Shown here one piece after another: positions 50,340 to 63,073 of a DNA stretch of 64,000 bases. The number at the start of each line of letters is the position of its first letter. Position 1 is the stretch's first letter. Origin of the DNA: Oikopleura dioica (taxonomy: Eukaryota > Animalia > Chordata). Where the stretch lies: the NCBI GenBank assembly GCA_907165135.1, contig OU015568.1, positions 10,416,001-10,480,000 on the forward strand, written 5' to 3'. The notes beneath the pieces were generated by a model, which worked only from the letters and a program-made list of their open reading frames with translations, had not been told where the DNA came from and searched no databases. A program made the translations under genes and the position numbers.

Positions 50340-52009
50340 TCATCTTGGACCCGATTTTTCGAGCAGATTTCCCTTCATTTCATCGTAGGTATCTTCCATC
50401 GTCTGTGGCGGGTAAGAAGTGATCCATTTCGGCAGGTCAAATCCTTCAGTGCACTTTTCATCGTGAACATTGTACCACCACCAACTGGCGACACTTCTGA
50501 TCATCCTTTTTGGATAGCCAAGAGATTTACGCTCGTTTATTTCTTAAAGATTCAATTTAGCATCAATAAAGGGTAAAAAATAGAGTAGTTAAAAGAGACT
50601 CATTTAGGAAAAGCATGTTCAATCCATAAATATTTGAAACAAAAACACGCGTTGTGCGTTATGATCCGCATTCTTGCGGGACTGTTTTAACGAAAAACAC
50701 GGTGTTTCAGCGTCTAACGGGACGAGGAAACTCGGCTAAATAATCTACTGAATATTGTCACTAAATCTTACTCTGGCAAAGCTGGCAGATCATTTCGTCA
50801 TCGTGGGTCATCATGCTCCCATTTCTTTCCATTTCTGTTTCGCTTCGCCAGTGATGGTACTCGGCATAAGCAGTGTCATTTTGATCCAGATAGTCAAGAT
50901 AATCGACTAGTTCTTTAGGACTGCTGAAGTCTTCAACGAAAATGTATGAATTTTTCGGCGCCACTGCCTCTAAATCAGCTCTGTATGGTCCATAGACAAC
51001 TGGAACCGCTCCCGTTAAAAGTGAATTTCGCCAAAATTTCTCGGATATGTAGCCATTGCAGTGAAGTGAGTTTTCAAACGCTGAAAAATTTGTTACGAGT
51101 CGACATGATAAAAAGTAGATTTCTTAATTTAAAATTGAAATATAATTTTTGTAAAATAGTACCTAGATAGAATTTATATTTTCCGATGGCTCCTTCTGTC
51201 TCAAGATCTTTCACTTGCCATGGGTTTCCGTTGATGTTATTGTCAAAGCAACTGCCAAAGCCGTCAAGTTTAAGTCCTGATCTAATGAGTTGCTGTCCAA
51301 GTTCCCAGCGAGCCACTGCTCCATTAGTTTTATCACAGTTAGAGACCATCCACGCTGTGTGTTTTCCGTTGTTGTATTGTTTCTTTGCCATGATACTTTG
51401 GATAATTTCTTCTTGAGACTTTCCGACATAATTCTTTAGAAGAAGATTCATATTTCCGTAGGGGCGGATTGCATCGCTATCCAGTCTGCAAGAAGCTGTG
51501 AGATTGAAAGCGCCGTCCCAATCGTGAATTTCTTTGACAAGCTTATGATTTGTTCCTTTTTCGATTCCCTTGGAAGCTGATTCTCTCGGCCAGAAAACCC
51601 AGTATTGTGAATCCGTGTTTCTATTGACGAAATCCGGCATAACTCCAGTTTCCACCTCCAGGTTTTTTCTGTATCTTGTATGATCGAAAATGATCGCATC
51701 GGCGGTGTACTCAACGTGTTTGTCATTGGTGAGCCAGCATCCTCCACAATGCTTCGAGATTTTTTGCAAACGAGGAAGTCCTCCTGACCAAAAATTCAGA
51801 ATCGTCGTTGGATTTTCTTCTTTTTCATATTCTATGAGGTTTTCTCTAAATGTCTCTTCAGCTTCTTTGTTCGATATTTTCGGATGATCGAACTTGTATG
51901 ATTTTCTAGCTAGTCTCCATTCAGACATTCGCCTGTTCCGGCGATGTCGCTTAAAATCATATCCGGATACATAGATACCGGAGGTGAATAAAAATGTTGA
52001 AATTTTCAT
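50340..52009 (-). CDS. Alpha-1,3/4-fucosyltransferase (GT10)
   Basis: ADAIIFDH, VFWPRESA, RLDSDAIRPYG, WMVSNC, YKFYL|AFENSLHCNGYISEKFWRN, APKNSYIFVEDFSSPKELVDYL (alpha-3 FucT motif). Confidence 0.93.
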
Positions 52010-52277
52010 TATTGAAACTTTTCGCAAAACGATTTTCTGACCCCGGAAAAATGTTTTATGAGGGGCGAGACTCGCGAGCGCCCACGGAGCTTTCACGCGA
52101 ATGTTTAGAAGCATCACAGGTCAAGATACTTCAAATCCGTAACAAATTGTTGTAAAAACACTCCAACTTCTTGTCAGTTATTACGAGTGGGTAGCTGTCA
52201 AAGTAATTGAATTTGAATAAGCCTGCTGAGCAGACCTCGCGTTTATTGAAATATGAAAAACAGATAATTCTACATAA

Positions 52278-53881
52278 ATGTGCCTTCTAAAACTGATGAA
52301 AGCTGGAATAACTTTGTTTTTATTCTTCTATTCGGAGATTCGCGGAAACTTATCAGAGCACACCAGGCTCTCCATGTTTCTATGACTTGGCAGATAAGAC
52401 GGAGATCTCATCGGAGATGCGCATCATTTTATCTTCGCTTATATAATGCAGTGTTCCTAAGATTCCTCTGAGTTTCTCCCTTTTTGAGAAATCTCCACTT
52501 TTTTCACGACTCGATAACCATGACTTGAAACCGACATTTTTTGGCAATTTTTTTTTGCCACTCGTGTTTCTGGGGAGGGTCTTCAAAATGCTAACAAATT
52601 GTAGTCGCCGTTCAGACTCGCTGCACTGGAAAACAGACCTTCAACGAGGACCTGAGTGACAATGGGATCGTGCTCAAAGAGAAATAAATCGAGAGATATA
52701 CCGTATTTACAGAGCTATTTAATTGGAGGTAAATTTCTATCTTTACAAAAAGTGAGCACGATGAAAAGATTCCTCGCCGAGCTTGGAGAGGGTCTTTACA
52801 TCGAGAGTATCCGAAAAGGACGAGGCAAAGACACTCCGTTCGATGACCCGATGTACAACGGCGAACTGTACTTCGACCCAGACGTAAGCGTCATCCGACT
52901 TGCCTGCAAGAACGGATATGATAACAACATTGGCAAGCCTATGATGGGAACCAAATGTCTATGCAATAACGGCATCTGCAAATGGACCATGAACAAAGAG
53001 TTCGGCTTTCATATCACATTTTTGTTTTAGCTAATTAAAAATTCAAATAGTGAGCCATAAAAGAATACTTCGGTTGCGTCAGCCACGAAAACGAGCAACA
53101 GATCCCAGTTTGGGGTGGTGGTACCTTCAATTTCGTCAAGGTATTTATCATGTTTTCGTTACAGAATATTATTTCATGTTTACTAGACTGTGAAGAGCAG
53201 CTACATTACCTTGAAAGCTCGAATCTCTAACTTGGTCAACGCTGAATCGTGGAGCCACGACCAGGTTGATACCGTCGGTCACCCAGAGTATCTCGACCCA
53301 GAGTGGTGGAAAACTGCTCCATTCACCGCTTTCGTTTGGTGCCCATTTGATGTAACGAAGGGTGGATTCCGCGGAAATGATGGTCTCATGACATTTGGTG
53401 ACTTTCACTATTCCGAGCACAGCCCTGACGGTCACTTGTGGTCGTTCCTTTCAAGATCAAACACCAAGCTGTGGAAGGTACATAAATCTCGGCAAAACAG
53501 ATTCTCACTAAAGATTTAAAGAAACCAATCTGCGAAAAGGATGAGACTGGAACAATGGTCTGTACTTACAAATCTACGTACTTCAAGGTCTATGCTGATC
53601 GATCCACGAACATTACAGAACAAGGTTTTGTATATCTTCCCTTATATCTGTAACGAAATGAATAAGGACCCGTCGATTACTCCACTGACTTCAAAACTGG
53701 AGAAGACTACTCTTGCGAGACTGGAATCCTCCCAGGTCATCAGAAGTTTGCCATCCAAAATATGATCAACATCTACCCCATTTTCGAAAATGGAACTTTC
53801 GGCCAGATGGTAAACTACTTCCGACAAACACCCGATTGGCTCGCAGACTACGGAGACCAGATTTCTCCACCAGTCTTCTAA
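52278..53881 (+). CDS. Secreted Cys/Trp-containing orphan protein (5' exons tentative)
   Basis: Candidate signal exon MKAGITLFLFFYSEIRG; exons RLACKNGY...KCLCNNGICKW, EYLDPEWWK, PICEKDETGTMVC, ending ...DQISPPVF*. Confidence 0.55.
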
Positions 53882-54186
53882 AAGATGCTTACGACCCTCT
53901 AAGACAAGTGTGCTGGTGTGAAAATGTCAAAAAAGTACTCTACGCCCGACTACTAGCATACTTTTACGACATTTTCTATATTTTCTGTACTGCTGAGAGA
54001 CATTGTTATAGGCTGAAAATAAAAATACAAATCGTTCTTGGATTGATGATAGTTTTTATAAACAGGTTCTGCACTAAAAGAAAAGAGCTCTTTCACAGGA
54101 TAATGCAGCAGCCGGAGCTTTCGTTTTGATTTTGCGCAGGAGCTACTAAGGAAAATAGATGAATGATTGTTTGACTAAGTAACCAA

Positions 54187-54462
54187 CTACTTACCAGGAG
54201 CTGGTGGCGGAGCAACTGCTTGAGGAGGCGCATAAACGGGAGCAGGCGCTGGAGCTGGGGCAGGAGCCGGGGCGGGCATTCCTGGCATCGTATTGAACAT
54301 ACCTCCCGGGTTGTTTGGTCCAGGAGCGACCATCTCCATCTTCATACCATTATATTCGGTGATCATGCTGGCAGGCATTCCATTCTATAGTTTTGTGTAT
54401 AATTTCCGTGAAGTTGTATTTGTATTATCGACCTGAGCTTGGTTTTGCTGGACGCCAAACAT
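54187..54462 (-). CDS. Tiny Pro/Ala/Met-rich protein (about 75 aa, 2 exons)
   Basis: MFGVQQNQAQ|NGMPASMITEY...PAPAPAPAPAPVYAPPQ; GT-AG intron keeps the frame. Confidence 0.5.
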
Positions 54463-54553
54463 TTTCAGAAATAACAACTGACAATTAACGGTATCGTAAT
54501 CGTTTATTCTCATATGTTCTAGAAAAGTGCAGCTATAAAATTGATTGAGTTGA

Positions 54554-55754
54554 TTAAATAATGAAGGCTTCTGGCACTTGAAGTCCGTAAAAATCGCCGT
54601 GGGTTGCTTTGGTTGACCAGCGATCGAAGAATTCGTTAGGGTCTTAAAATTTTACCAAGATTTATTCTTTCACTTTTTCTTACCTGACCACTTTTCGATT
54701 GCTTTGTGTCCAGAATCCCCAATGTGGAACAGCTCAGTATGCCCTCCAGAAGTAAGAAGAACTGTTCGGTGCTGTCTCCTTGCGATGACAAGCTCGTCTC
54801 GTCGGCCCCATACATCGGAAGACGTTCCGAGAATCCATGGCTCTCGGATGCAGTAAGTGATCTTTGTCGCTCCGAAGTTATTATCATTCCAGCCACCGAA
54901 GACACTGGGGAAATTCAAAATGTGCTCTTATAGATTCAATCTCACCAGACTCGTCCATTATCAAATGCTACTGCAGAGTGCTCTTCAATAGGTGCTGGAA
55001 GTGCTTTGCCTTGAACCCATGCAGCGCTCTAGACGTGTTTTAATAAAACTAGCTTGTACCAGACGTGTTCCAATATGAAATATGTAAAACCTGTGGATCA
55101 GAGTACTCTTCGCGCATGTGAATAGTTTCTACAACAGTAGAATCGTATCCGTCGACGCCACCAATAATTACGGAGTAACCACGTGATGAGTACACCATTG
55201 CGCTCTTAGCATGAGCACCATTGGTGTCGGGCTCTCGTTTCCATAAGAAACCATTGCCGTCTTCAGTAAAAGCGTTGCATTGGTGGCTAATCTATATCAA
55301 AAAAGTAGGGAAATGAAAAATACCTGTATTCTCCGCTGACAGTATCAGCAGTACCACAAAGCATAATCCAATTGTTTCTTATCGCAGCACAAGAATGCTC
55401 GACCATTGGAAATGGCAACTGGGTGGATAGAATATCCAAACCAGTAATATCACCTCGGACGCGGGCAACTTGCTGTCGTTGGGGATCTTCGATGCTAGTT
55501 CCACCGCCGAAAAGATAAATTCTTCCATTGAGTTTCGCTGAGCACGTTTGCTTGACGTAGAATCCGTTGTAATTGAAGTCTTCGTAATGGTGAATGTCAG
55601 GCTCTGAAGCTCCGTAAGGCCAAGCAATGGCGAATGGCGGGTTTTTGCTCATAACAAGGATCTGCGGGTCTGCCATTGGGGCGACATCGTCTGTGATCGT
55701 GCTGTTAAGAGCAAGTCCGTGGACTGAAGCAGCACACAGACCGAAAAACTTCAT
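54554..55754 (-). CDS. Secreted Kelch-like beta-propeller protein
   Basis: Signal peptide; repeats GRIYLFGGG, LPFPMVEHSC, VIIGGVDG, LPAPIEEHSAV, VFGGWN, LVIARRQHRTV. Confidence 0.78.
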
Positions 55755-56534
55755 CTCGGAGAAATCTCTTTAGATTCTAAAGAAAGATTCTAAAGTTTAG
55801 AAAAACGCGGAGGAAAACGCTGAGTTTGTTTCACCATGTGTTTCCTTTCCCAGCAAATTTGCGTACAATTTGCAATTAATCTTCCTTTATCTGAATTCTC
55901 CTGAACTTCTTCAGTGTAATTTATCAAGGTGATGATTTATGAGAGCACTTCTTTATAATTATTTAATTTTCAGGTCGCGACATTTTCAGTCAAAGATGAA
56001 AGAAAGAAAAACTAGATGAAGATAGCGCGTATTTGGAAGATTCTCATTTCTGAGTTTTCTAAGTTGAAAATTTTGAGAAAAATGCAACAACGAAAAATGC
56101 GGCAAACTATTTTTGATGATGAGGATCTGAGCGGTCGGTTCTATTGGAAAGGTCGATTACTCCGAGGTCATTTATTCAAAATGAGTATGCAGCGAGCGAG
56201 ATTTCTTGTGAGAGTAAGAAAGGCTTCGATATGTGTCACATTATGGAGGAAGAAGATTCGTTAGCAGGAGATGATCAGGTGAGAAATTATGACCTTCTAT
56301 GTCTATTGTTATTTCTTAAGTATGATTACGATGACGGCAACTACGACTGCGCTGATGGCGAAAACCAAGATTTTGATTGCAAAAAAGAAAATGCTGTTGA
56401 CGCAGTTTCTGTCGCAAGTTAAACGTCTTTGTCTCTGGTAGAACGTTTTTTACTAACTCGCACATGTGAAATGAATGACCCGGATGCAACCTTAATCTTG
56501 CCGCACAGAACCTTTGTTCCATTCTTTCTTTATT

Positions 56535-58723
56535 ATGAATCTACAAATAAAAAAACTAATACTTTTCTTCTCTTTTCTACTTCTGATTCCGTATTATTTT
56601 ATATGGAACTTCGGCAAGTACCCTGCGCCGAACTATGCAAGTGCTTTACTTCGATCAGAGAAAAATAAAGCTAAGAAAGTGATAAAATTTTACATCAACA
56701 AAGGATCTTATTGGAAAAACACCTCAATCGTCGAAGAATATCGAGTGATAAAGAAGCCAAAGAACATAAATCCCCGGACTGATCTTTTATTCGGAATTAA
56801 ATCTCAGTGGAATAAGAAAGACAGGAGAGACGTCATCAGAAAAACGTGAGAGAAAAGGGACAAAACATAATTTATGCCAAAACCCAAAATAGTTGACAAA
56901 ATCGTTATAGAAGGTCTAAGATCGGCTGTAAACCTTTGGGAAGATATCTGATACACTGATGTACTGAGATAGTGGGAAATAAGATAGTGGAATAATTAGG
57001 AATAGTAGTAGGGTAGTTCGAATTATATTTTATAAAATAATTCTTCGATTTAGATACTGGCTAAATTGTACACTCATCGCTAGCCTGCAGACCGCGTACT
57101 TGATTGATTCCCGTAATCGGGTGAAGCCAAACTACGATGGTCGGGGTTAGTAGGGCAGATCTTTCTACTGCGTGCACTTAGTAGGTACTTCGGTTTAAAT
57201 CAAGCGAGCCAGCAAGAGCTACGGGTAAGGATTTAGGTGCCCAATTTTTTGAATTACAGACGACTCACACTACTATTTTGACCATTATTTTTAGATTTCT
57301 CGAAAAAAGAGCGAATTGTACCAATCTGTAATTGGGCACCCTATTTCTGAAACAAGATTTATTCAGGAAGAAACGACCTAAAAATTGGCCAATCGAAAAA
57401 AATCCTAAAAATAAACCAAACCAATAATTTATGCTATTTTAAGTTATGGAAATACTACCTTCTACAAGCCATATGTCGCGAACTTCGTCTTCCTTATCGG
57501 CGAAACTGACAATCCAAGCAACTACGATGAGCTCGATCAACACGATGATATTCTTGTTGGAAATTTCGTGGACAGTTTTCAGAACCTTACGTTCAAAGAC
57601 TCAATGTTTTTCGCATGGGCTTTGGAAGCTGCGCCTCATATGAAAATATGCTATAAAGGCGACGACGATATATTTCTCAACCCCTTTTCCTTCGTTCAGC
57701 TTCTCAGAAATCAATCAATCACAGATGAACCATATATCTGGGGAGATGTTATGTACAACAACAAGAGGCGAACAGATCCTTCGTATGGAAAGTATCAGGA
57801 CTTAGTTTGGAACGAAGACCTTTACCCCAACTACACTTCTGGAGCGTGTCTTTTCATGAACAGAGCGGCTGTAGAAGTAATTCATGAGAATATACCCAAG
57901 TTGCCGATTATACCAATCGATGATGCTTTTCTAGCGATCTGCATGAGAAACGGCGGCTATGGATACGAGAATGTTATAAACATCGAAAAACCTTCAAAAA
58001 TTCTCAAATACCCAGAGATAGAGAGAACGAATTTATGTTATATTGAACACTCGATTGGGCTTCATAAATACGAGCCTGAAATGCTCGAGTGTTTGTGGCC
58101 AAAGTTTCTTGAGCAAAGAAAAATTTGTTATATGGAGAACTCAACAGAAATCTCAAAAATTGGATATCATTGCGACATGAAATACGTAAGTTTCATTATA
58201 TAGTTACTGAATTTAAGTATTCGTCAAGCACTGGTACCTACGAAAAATAGAGCCTTTCCAAGATGGCCAAAATAAAGGAAGATGTGGAATAGAATTCAAT
58301 TACTCGTCTTGCCCACTCGAAGACTGGGACTCTGACAGTGGCCCATGCTGCTCGCCTAATCATTACTGTGGATCAAGTAAGGATCATTGCTCCTGTTTCG
58401 AATGCATAGACTTCAAAAACATGCATATGACTAAACAAGGGAAGTGCTGCAAGAAAGTTAAAGTATTCTGTGAGTGAAGAAATGCTTCTAGACAGACTAT
58501 GTATCATTTAGCCTCCCGATCTGATATCGCTGGTATTTACGAGTATTCAAGCCAGAACGAAATCTACGGAACTTTCATATACGAGAGAAGAGGTTTAGTA
58601 AAAAGTGAGGAAGAACTTTTTGTCCTCGAAAAATCAGAGCAAACCTGGTACATTGCCAATCAAAAGGAATCTGTAGTCGCCTTTGTAAGTACTACAGCTT
58701 CATATGAGGGATTGCTTTCATAA
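56535..58723 (+). CDS. GT31 beta-1,3-glycosyltransferase with C-terminal hevein-like and Trp/Tyr-motif domains
   Basis: Type II TM, LLFGIKS...RRDVIRKT|YG, DSFQNLTFK, KGDDDIF, YPNYTSG, IDDAFL; then GRCG...PCCSPNHYCGSSKDHCSCFECIDF in frame after a 43-nt intron (58186-58228). Confidence 0.88.
57083..57186 (+). ncRNA. 5S rRNA-like structured sequence (variant, pseudogene or SINE3 head) in the GT31 intron
   Basis: GAAG-N18-GGTTAGTA spacing as in 5S; pairings GCCTGC/GTAGGT, GACCGCGTA/TACGATGGTC with bulged A, and CTTGATT/AATCGGG. About 15 nt shorter than 5S; box C diverged. Confidence 0.4.
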
Positions 58724-58892
58724 TAAATTAATACTTTCAGAGCATTAATAAGATTGAAAAATGTCTTGAGACTGGAGAAATGTTCGGTGAGTACGAGACT
58801 TCCATGATGTGCACTGAATATTAAAAGAAGAATAAACTATTAATAATACTATTAATAGACTATTAATAATAGTCTATTATCAATAATGAACT

Positions 58893-59423
58893 TTATTTGG
58901 TTTGTGCCCACTTTTCTTTTGGTGAGAGAACTTTGATTGGAATCCTCTCACACGGAGTATAACGAGGAACAGCCCGGTCCGCGGTGAAAATAAGTTTATC
59001 GGGGGAATGTTCTAATTTGGCGCTCATTGTCTTTAGATAAACATCATCGGACACAGCGATAATTTTAGACCACTTGTGTATGGCGTGTGTTACGACTTCA
59101 TCTCGGCGGGTTTTTCTTGTGTAGGATTTTCCAGAAACAGTGATCTTCCGTTCAGAGGGTTCGAGCTCGATGTTAAGATGCTTCGCCTTTGTAGGCATCT
59201 CACGAAGATCAATGACTTCACACCATCTTCGTCTCCACCCCGCCTCTTCTGGAATTCTAACTGAAGGAGGTGGGACTTCTCTCAGCAATTCTCTGATAGG
59301 GAGTCCAGATAACGACTTGTATAAGCTGTCTCGCTTTTCGGCCTCTTCTTTTGAAACAACCTTCCTCGTGAAATTGACAAGGAACTCACAGGGCTCTACC
59401 TTTTTTCGACGGAAACTGAACAT
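58893..59423 (-). CDS. Divergent small heat-shock (alpha-crystallin domain) protein, intronless
   Basis: VIDL...LNIEL...ITVSGK...WSKIIAVSDDVYLKTMSAKL...LIFTA...ERIPI follows the HSP20 strand pattern. Confidence 0.6.
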   Translation of the reverse strand: MFSFRRKKVEPCEFLVNFTRKVVSKEEAEKRDSLYKSLSGLPIRELLREVPPPSVRIPEEAGWRRRWCEVIDLREMPTKAKHLNIELEPSERKITVSGKSYTRKTRRDEVVTHAIHKWSKIIAVSDDVYLKTMSAKLEHSPDKLIFTADRAVPRYTPCERIPIKVLSPKEKWAQTK

Positions 59424-60125
59424 GTTGTGTCTCAGTAGGAACGATCATAAGAGTAGAGAAAGTGTGAAATCAACCAGTATTTATCATTTCTGTACGATAC
59501 CAAGCGCAAATAACTGACATCATACTTCTCGACTTCCTGCTTAAACAACTGTAGGAATCACTTGTTTACCACCTTCCTGCTCCGAATGCTCAAACGAATG
59601 CAAATGCAATCAACAGTTTTTGCTCAACATCGACGTTTATTCGATTTGAAATTTGAACGTTTCTGTGGAACACTTGTACACGGACATAGAGCTTGTTTTC
59701 GTATTTACAGTCAGTGAAAAACAATTACTGTCAAGGAGAAGTTTGCTCAGCCCGGCGCAATCATCGCCACCCTTACTCTGCTCTAGAATTTTCAGGAGAC
59801 AGAGAAGAGAGTGAGAATCGTGCTGCCAGGGCCAGCGAAGCTCGTATTTCCAAAAATTTATTATTTGTTTTGCAGGTTTTGGCTAGTGAGAGGGAATAAT
59901 GTACGGGAAAGGAAATTTCTGAAGAAAAAAAATAAAATTTAGATGAATCTAAGCGGGCACTAATTAATAATTTCGGAATATTATTAGAAACACACGAAAA
60001 CTCCTCCTAACAGAAAAGATATAAGGGAATGGCAGACTCCATTGCGACAATAAGCTAAAAAAGATTCTTGAATGATGAGAAAATAGAGATTCTTTATTTA
60101 CCGGAATAACGAGCGAGGAATAGAG

Positions 60126-61428
60126 TTAATCATCGCCGGCATCATCGGCTTCTTCCTTTTGGTTGTCGGTCGTCCAGAGGGTCAAGTTATCCCGGAGAAG
60201 CTACAGTAGCGCAGTTAGACATGTTACAGACGCGTTGGCGGGTTAATTACCTGCATAATGAGCGTGGAGTCTTTGTAGCATTCTTCTGAAAGAGTGTCGA
60301 GCTCGGCAATGGCGTCATCGAAGGCAGATTTGGCGAGGCTGGGAAAAATCGCAATGATGATTGGAAGAAAAAGGGTTGAAAGTTACCTGCAGGCTTCGTT
60401 GGGGTCGTTGAGGATTTCGTAGTAGAAGACTGAGTAGTTGAGAGCAAGGCCAAGTCTGATAGGGTGGGTTGGCTAAAGAAAACAGCGTTGAGATCAAGGA
60501 AGAGAACAGAATTTCAATAAATAATAAGAAGAAGACATTCTTGGGCTAAACTTACGGGCATCTCTTTCTGCGCGACCTCGAAGGCGCCCTTGTAAGCCTG
60601 CTGCGACTGGTCCATGATTTCCTTTCGTCGATCACCAGTGGCAACCTCGGCGAGGTATCGGTAGTAATCTCCCTTCATTTTCAAGTAGAAGACCTTCGAC
60701 TCGCCGGAGGAGGACTAAAACGGGCCTTTAGCATTCTTGATTTTAGTTATTTTCTTCACCTTGGGGATGAGGTGCTTGTCCAAAAGGCTGAGAACGATCT
60801 CGCAGATGTCTTGGAGCTCCTTCTCGACTTTTTCGCGGTATTCCTTGGCGTACAGCTAGTCAAATACAGTTAGTAAATGATGAGAGGAGGTGGGAGTTAC
60901 CGATTTCTTCTCTCCGGGCTCGCATTTCTGCTCGATGGAAGAAATGACTCTCCAGGAGGATCGTCGAGAGCCGACAACATTCTTGTAGGCGACGGACAAA
61001 AGGTTTCGCTCCTCGTTGGTGAGTTCTAAAATTGCATTTTTAATCAGCCTAGAGGATTCGTTGTTAATTTAGTGGATATATCATGCAGAAGCATATTTCC
61101 TTTCTTATTCGTTTTCGATTAAATTTAATTAACAATTATTTATTTCAAAAAATAATTTTGATCTTAAAGAGTTTGAAAGCTTATTAGTGAAGGTCTTATT
61201 TTCAAATTGGCAGCTGGTGAAATTAACTTATCGAGTTCGCCAAAAGTGGCTCACCCTCATAACCGAGAGAGTCGTCAGTATCGATTTCTAATTTTGCTCG
61301 TTTTTGGACTTACCGATGCCAGACTCGGTGACCTGTCGCATAAACTCGGCCATGTCGTCGTATCGCTCAGCTTGTTCGGAGAGCTTGGCTCGGGAGACGT
61401 GCTCGGCCTTCAAGTCCTCGTTGCTCAT
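60126..61428 (-). CDS. YWHA: 14-3-3 protein
   Basis: [78 protein letters not shown]. Confidence 0.97.
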
Positions 61429-62216
61429 GATTTTTATAAATAAATATTATCTGAAATAGAAAACGATGTTAAAAAAAGATATCTCTCTTTTGAAAACAGC
61501 GAATGGCGAAAATACCGGGAAAAATCAGTTTTCGCGGATTGAAAAAGTGAAAAACAAGGAACAGCAAATTCGTCTAGAAAGACCGACGAGATCGATAATA
61601 ATTGGCTGGGGGAGAATTCTCTCGACGGGGTTCTGTAGCTAGTGTAGGCGGTGCTAGAATCTAGAAAAATCTATACTGTAAGAATAGAATTTCATTGAAA
61701 TTTATTTAGAAAACAAAAATCATGAGTAGGGAGGTTGCTTGATTCAACTCACAATTAACGTCGGACATAAATTATTTGCTAAAGAAACCATAAAAAACTA
61801 AAATTTTGAAATTTTTTGAATAAAATGTTGTCCCTAAACTTTTCGATCGCTCATCATTATCTCTCTTATTCAACTCTTATTACTTGAAAAAAGAGTAAAT
61901 TTCAAAAAATCGAAAAAAGATGAATCTGTCGCGGAGCTGCTGGGTGTGCTTCTGTGCGAGAAGGGCGACTGGCGAAAGTGGCGGAAAACGAGCGGAGTCC
62001 AAAAGAGATCTCCGCGGCAACTCACGTGCGCGCTCCAAAAATACGCGCTCGCCTCGATTTTATGGCTTTATCCCCTTCATAACTTTTAGCAGACATCTTA
62101 GACGTATCTCTTTTTCTTTTTGCTTCAAAATAGTGTGAAAATTAAAAAGATCGGATGAGGATAAGGTCAGATTGGAGAAGGATTGATGATTAGCGCGCGC
62201 CCGAGGTGTTTTTTAA

Positions 62217-62638
62217 CCCTATGCGTGACGCGGATGCACTCAGTGCATCCGCTCATGGTTTTCTATCCATTTCTCTCTCAATTTTAGCCCAAATTCAAAA
62301 ATTTAAAAAGAATAAGAATCTACGTCCAAAAACACGTCCGATCCGCTCCGTCACATTTTGAAAACAAATTTTATAATAACCTAAAAACGTGAAAAATGTC
62401 GTAATTTTACTATTTTTCGTCTCGAGAACAGCTATTTCGCTGCATGTTACGTAACAACGAGCCCGTTTCGCCGCCGTTGAAGGGGGTATTTCGGTCTCTT
62501 AGACACTGAAAACAGCGAATTCAGGCTGTTTCTCTTCAAAACTTGGCAAAAAAGAGCAAAAAATTGTTCTAGATGGGTCGGATGCACTGAATGCATCCGC
62601 GTCACGCATAGGGGTAGTTCTGATCGTCACGCATAGGG
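62217..62638. mobile_element. piggyBac-type MITE
   Basis: TTAA|CCCTATGCGTGACG...CGTCACGCATAGGG|TTAA, with subterminal palindromes CGGATGCACT.A.TGCATCCG at both ends. Confidence 0.88.
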
Positions 62639-63073
62639 TTAACGGAGTGATTGGCAAACAGCTGTCCTCGAAAATCATTGTGCAAATGTTTTCAAGAGCT
62701 GGAGAATCGATTTAGGAAAGATTCGCGTTTTTTTATCGAAGGAAGGGAGTTCCAACTGGGTCAATATGGACGTGAAAGACGGATTTTCATCTGTTTGGAG
62801 AGGATTAAGCCTTTCTTAATCAATTATTATTTGAACAGATTTTCTAATTTTCAGAATACTGGAATACTGAAAAGGTGTTCGTATTTTGAAGATATTCCCT
62901 AAAAGTATGAGCCTGTAAAGAAACCTGAGTTAGGGACTGAAAGGGCTAAAATAAAAGCAGCTTCGCTTTTAGAATCGAAACCGCAGAGCTACGAATTTAG
63001 AAACCTGACTCAGGTTTTTACACAGGTTTCGGCTTTCCTACCTGATTTCAATGTATTCCTTTTTGATAATTAA

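Noticed and set aside
56016-56422. Small acidic plus-strand gene candidate
   Set aside because: One plausible intron, but no consistent start could be built.
57233-57343. Short degenerate inverted repeat (taggtgcccaatt / aattgggcacccta)
   Set aside because: Likely a MITE remnant, but no convincing TSD.
58836-58890. ACTATTAATA short tandem repeats
   Set aside because: Low-complexity AT-rich slippage between convergent 3' ends.
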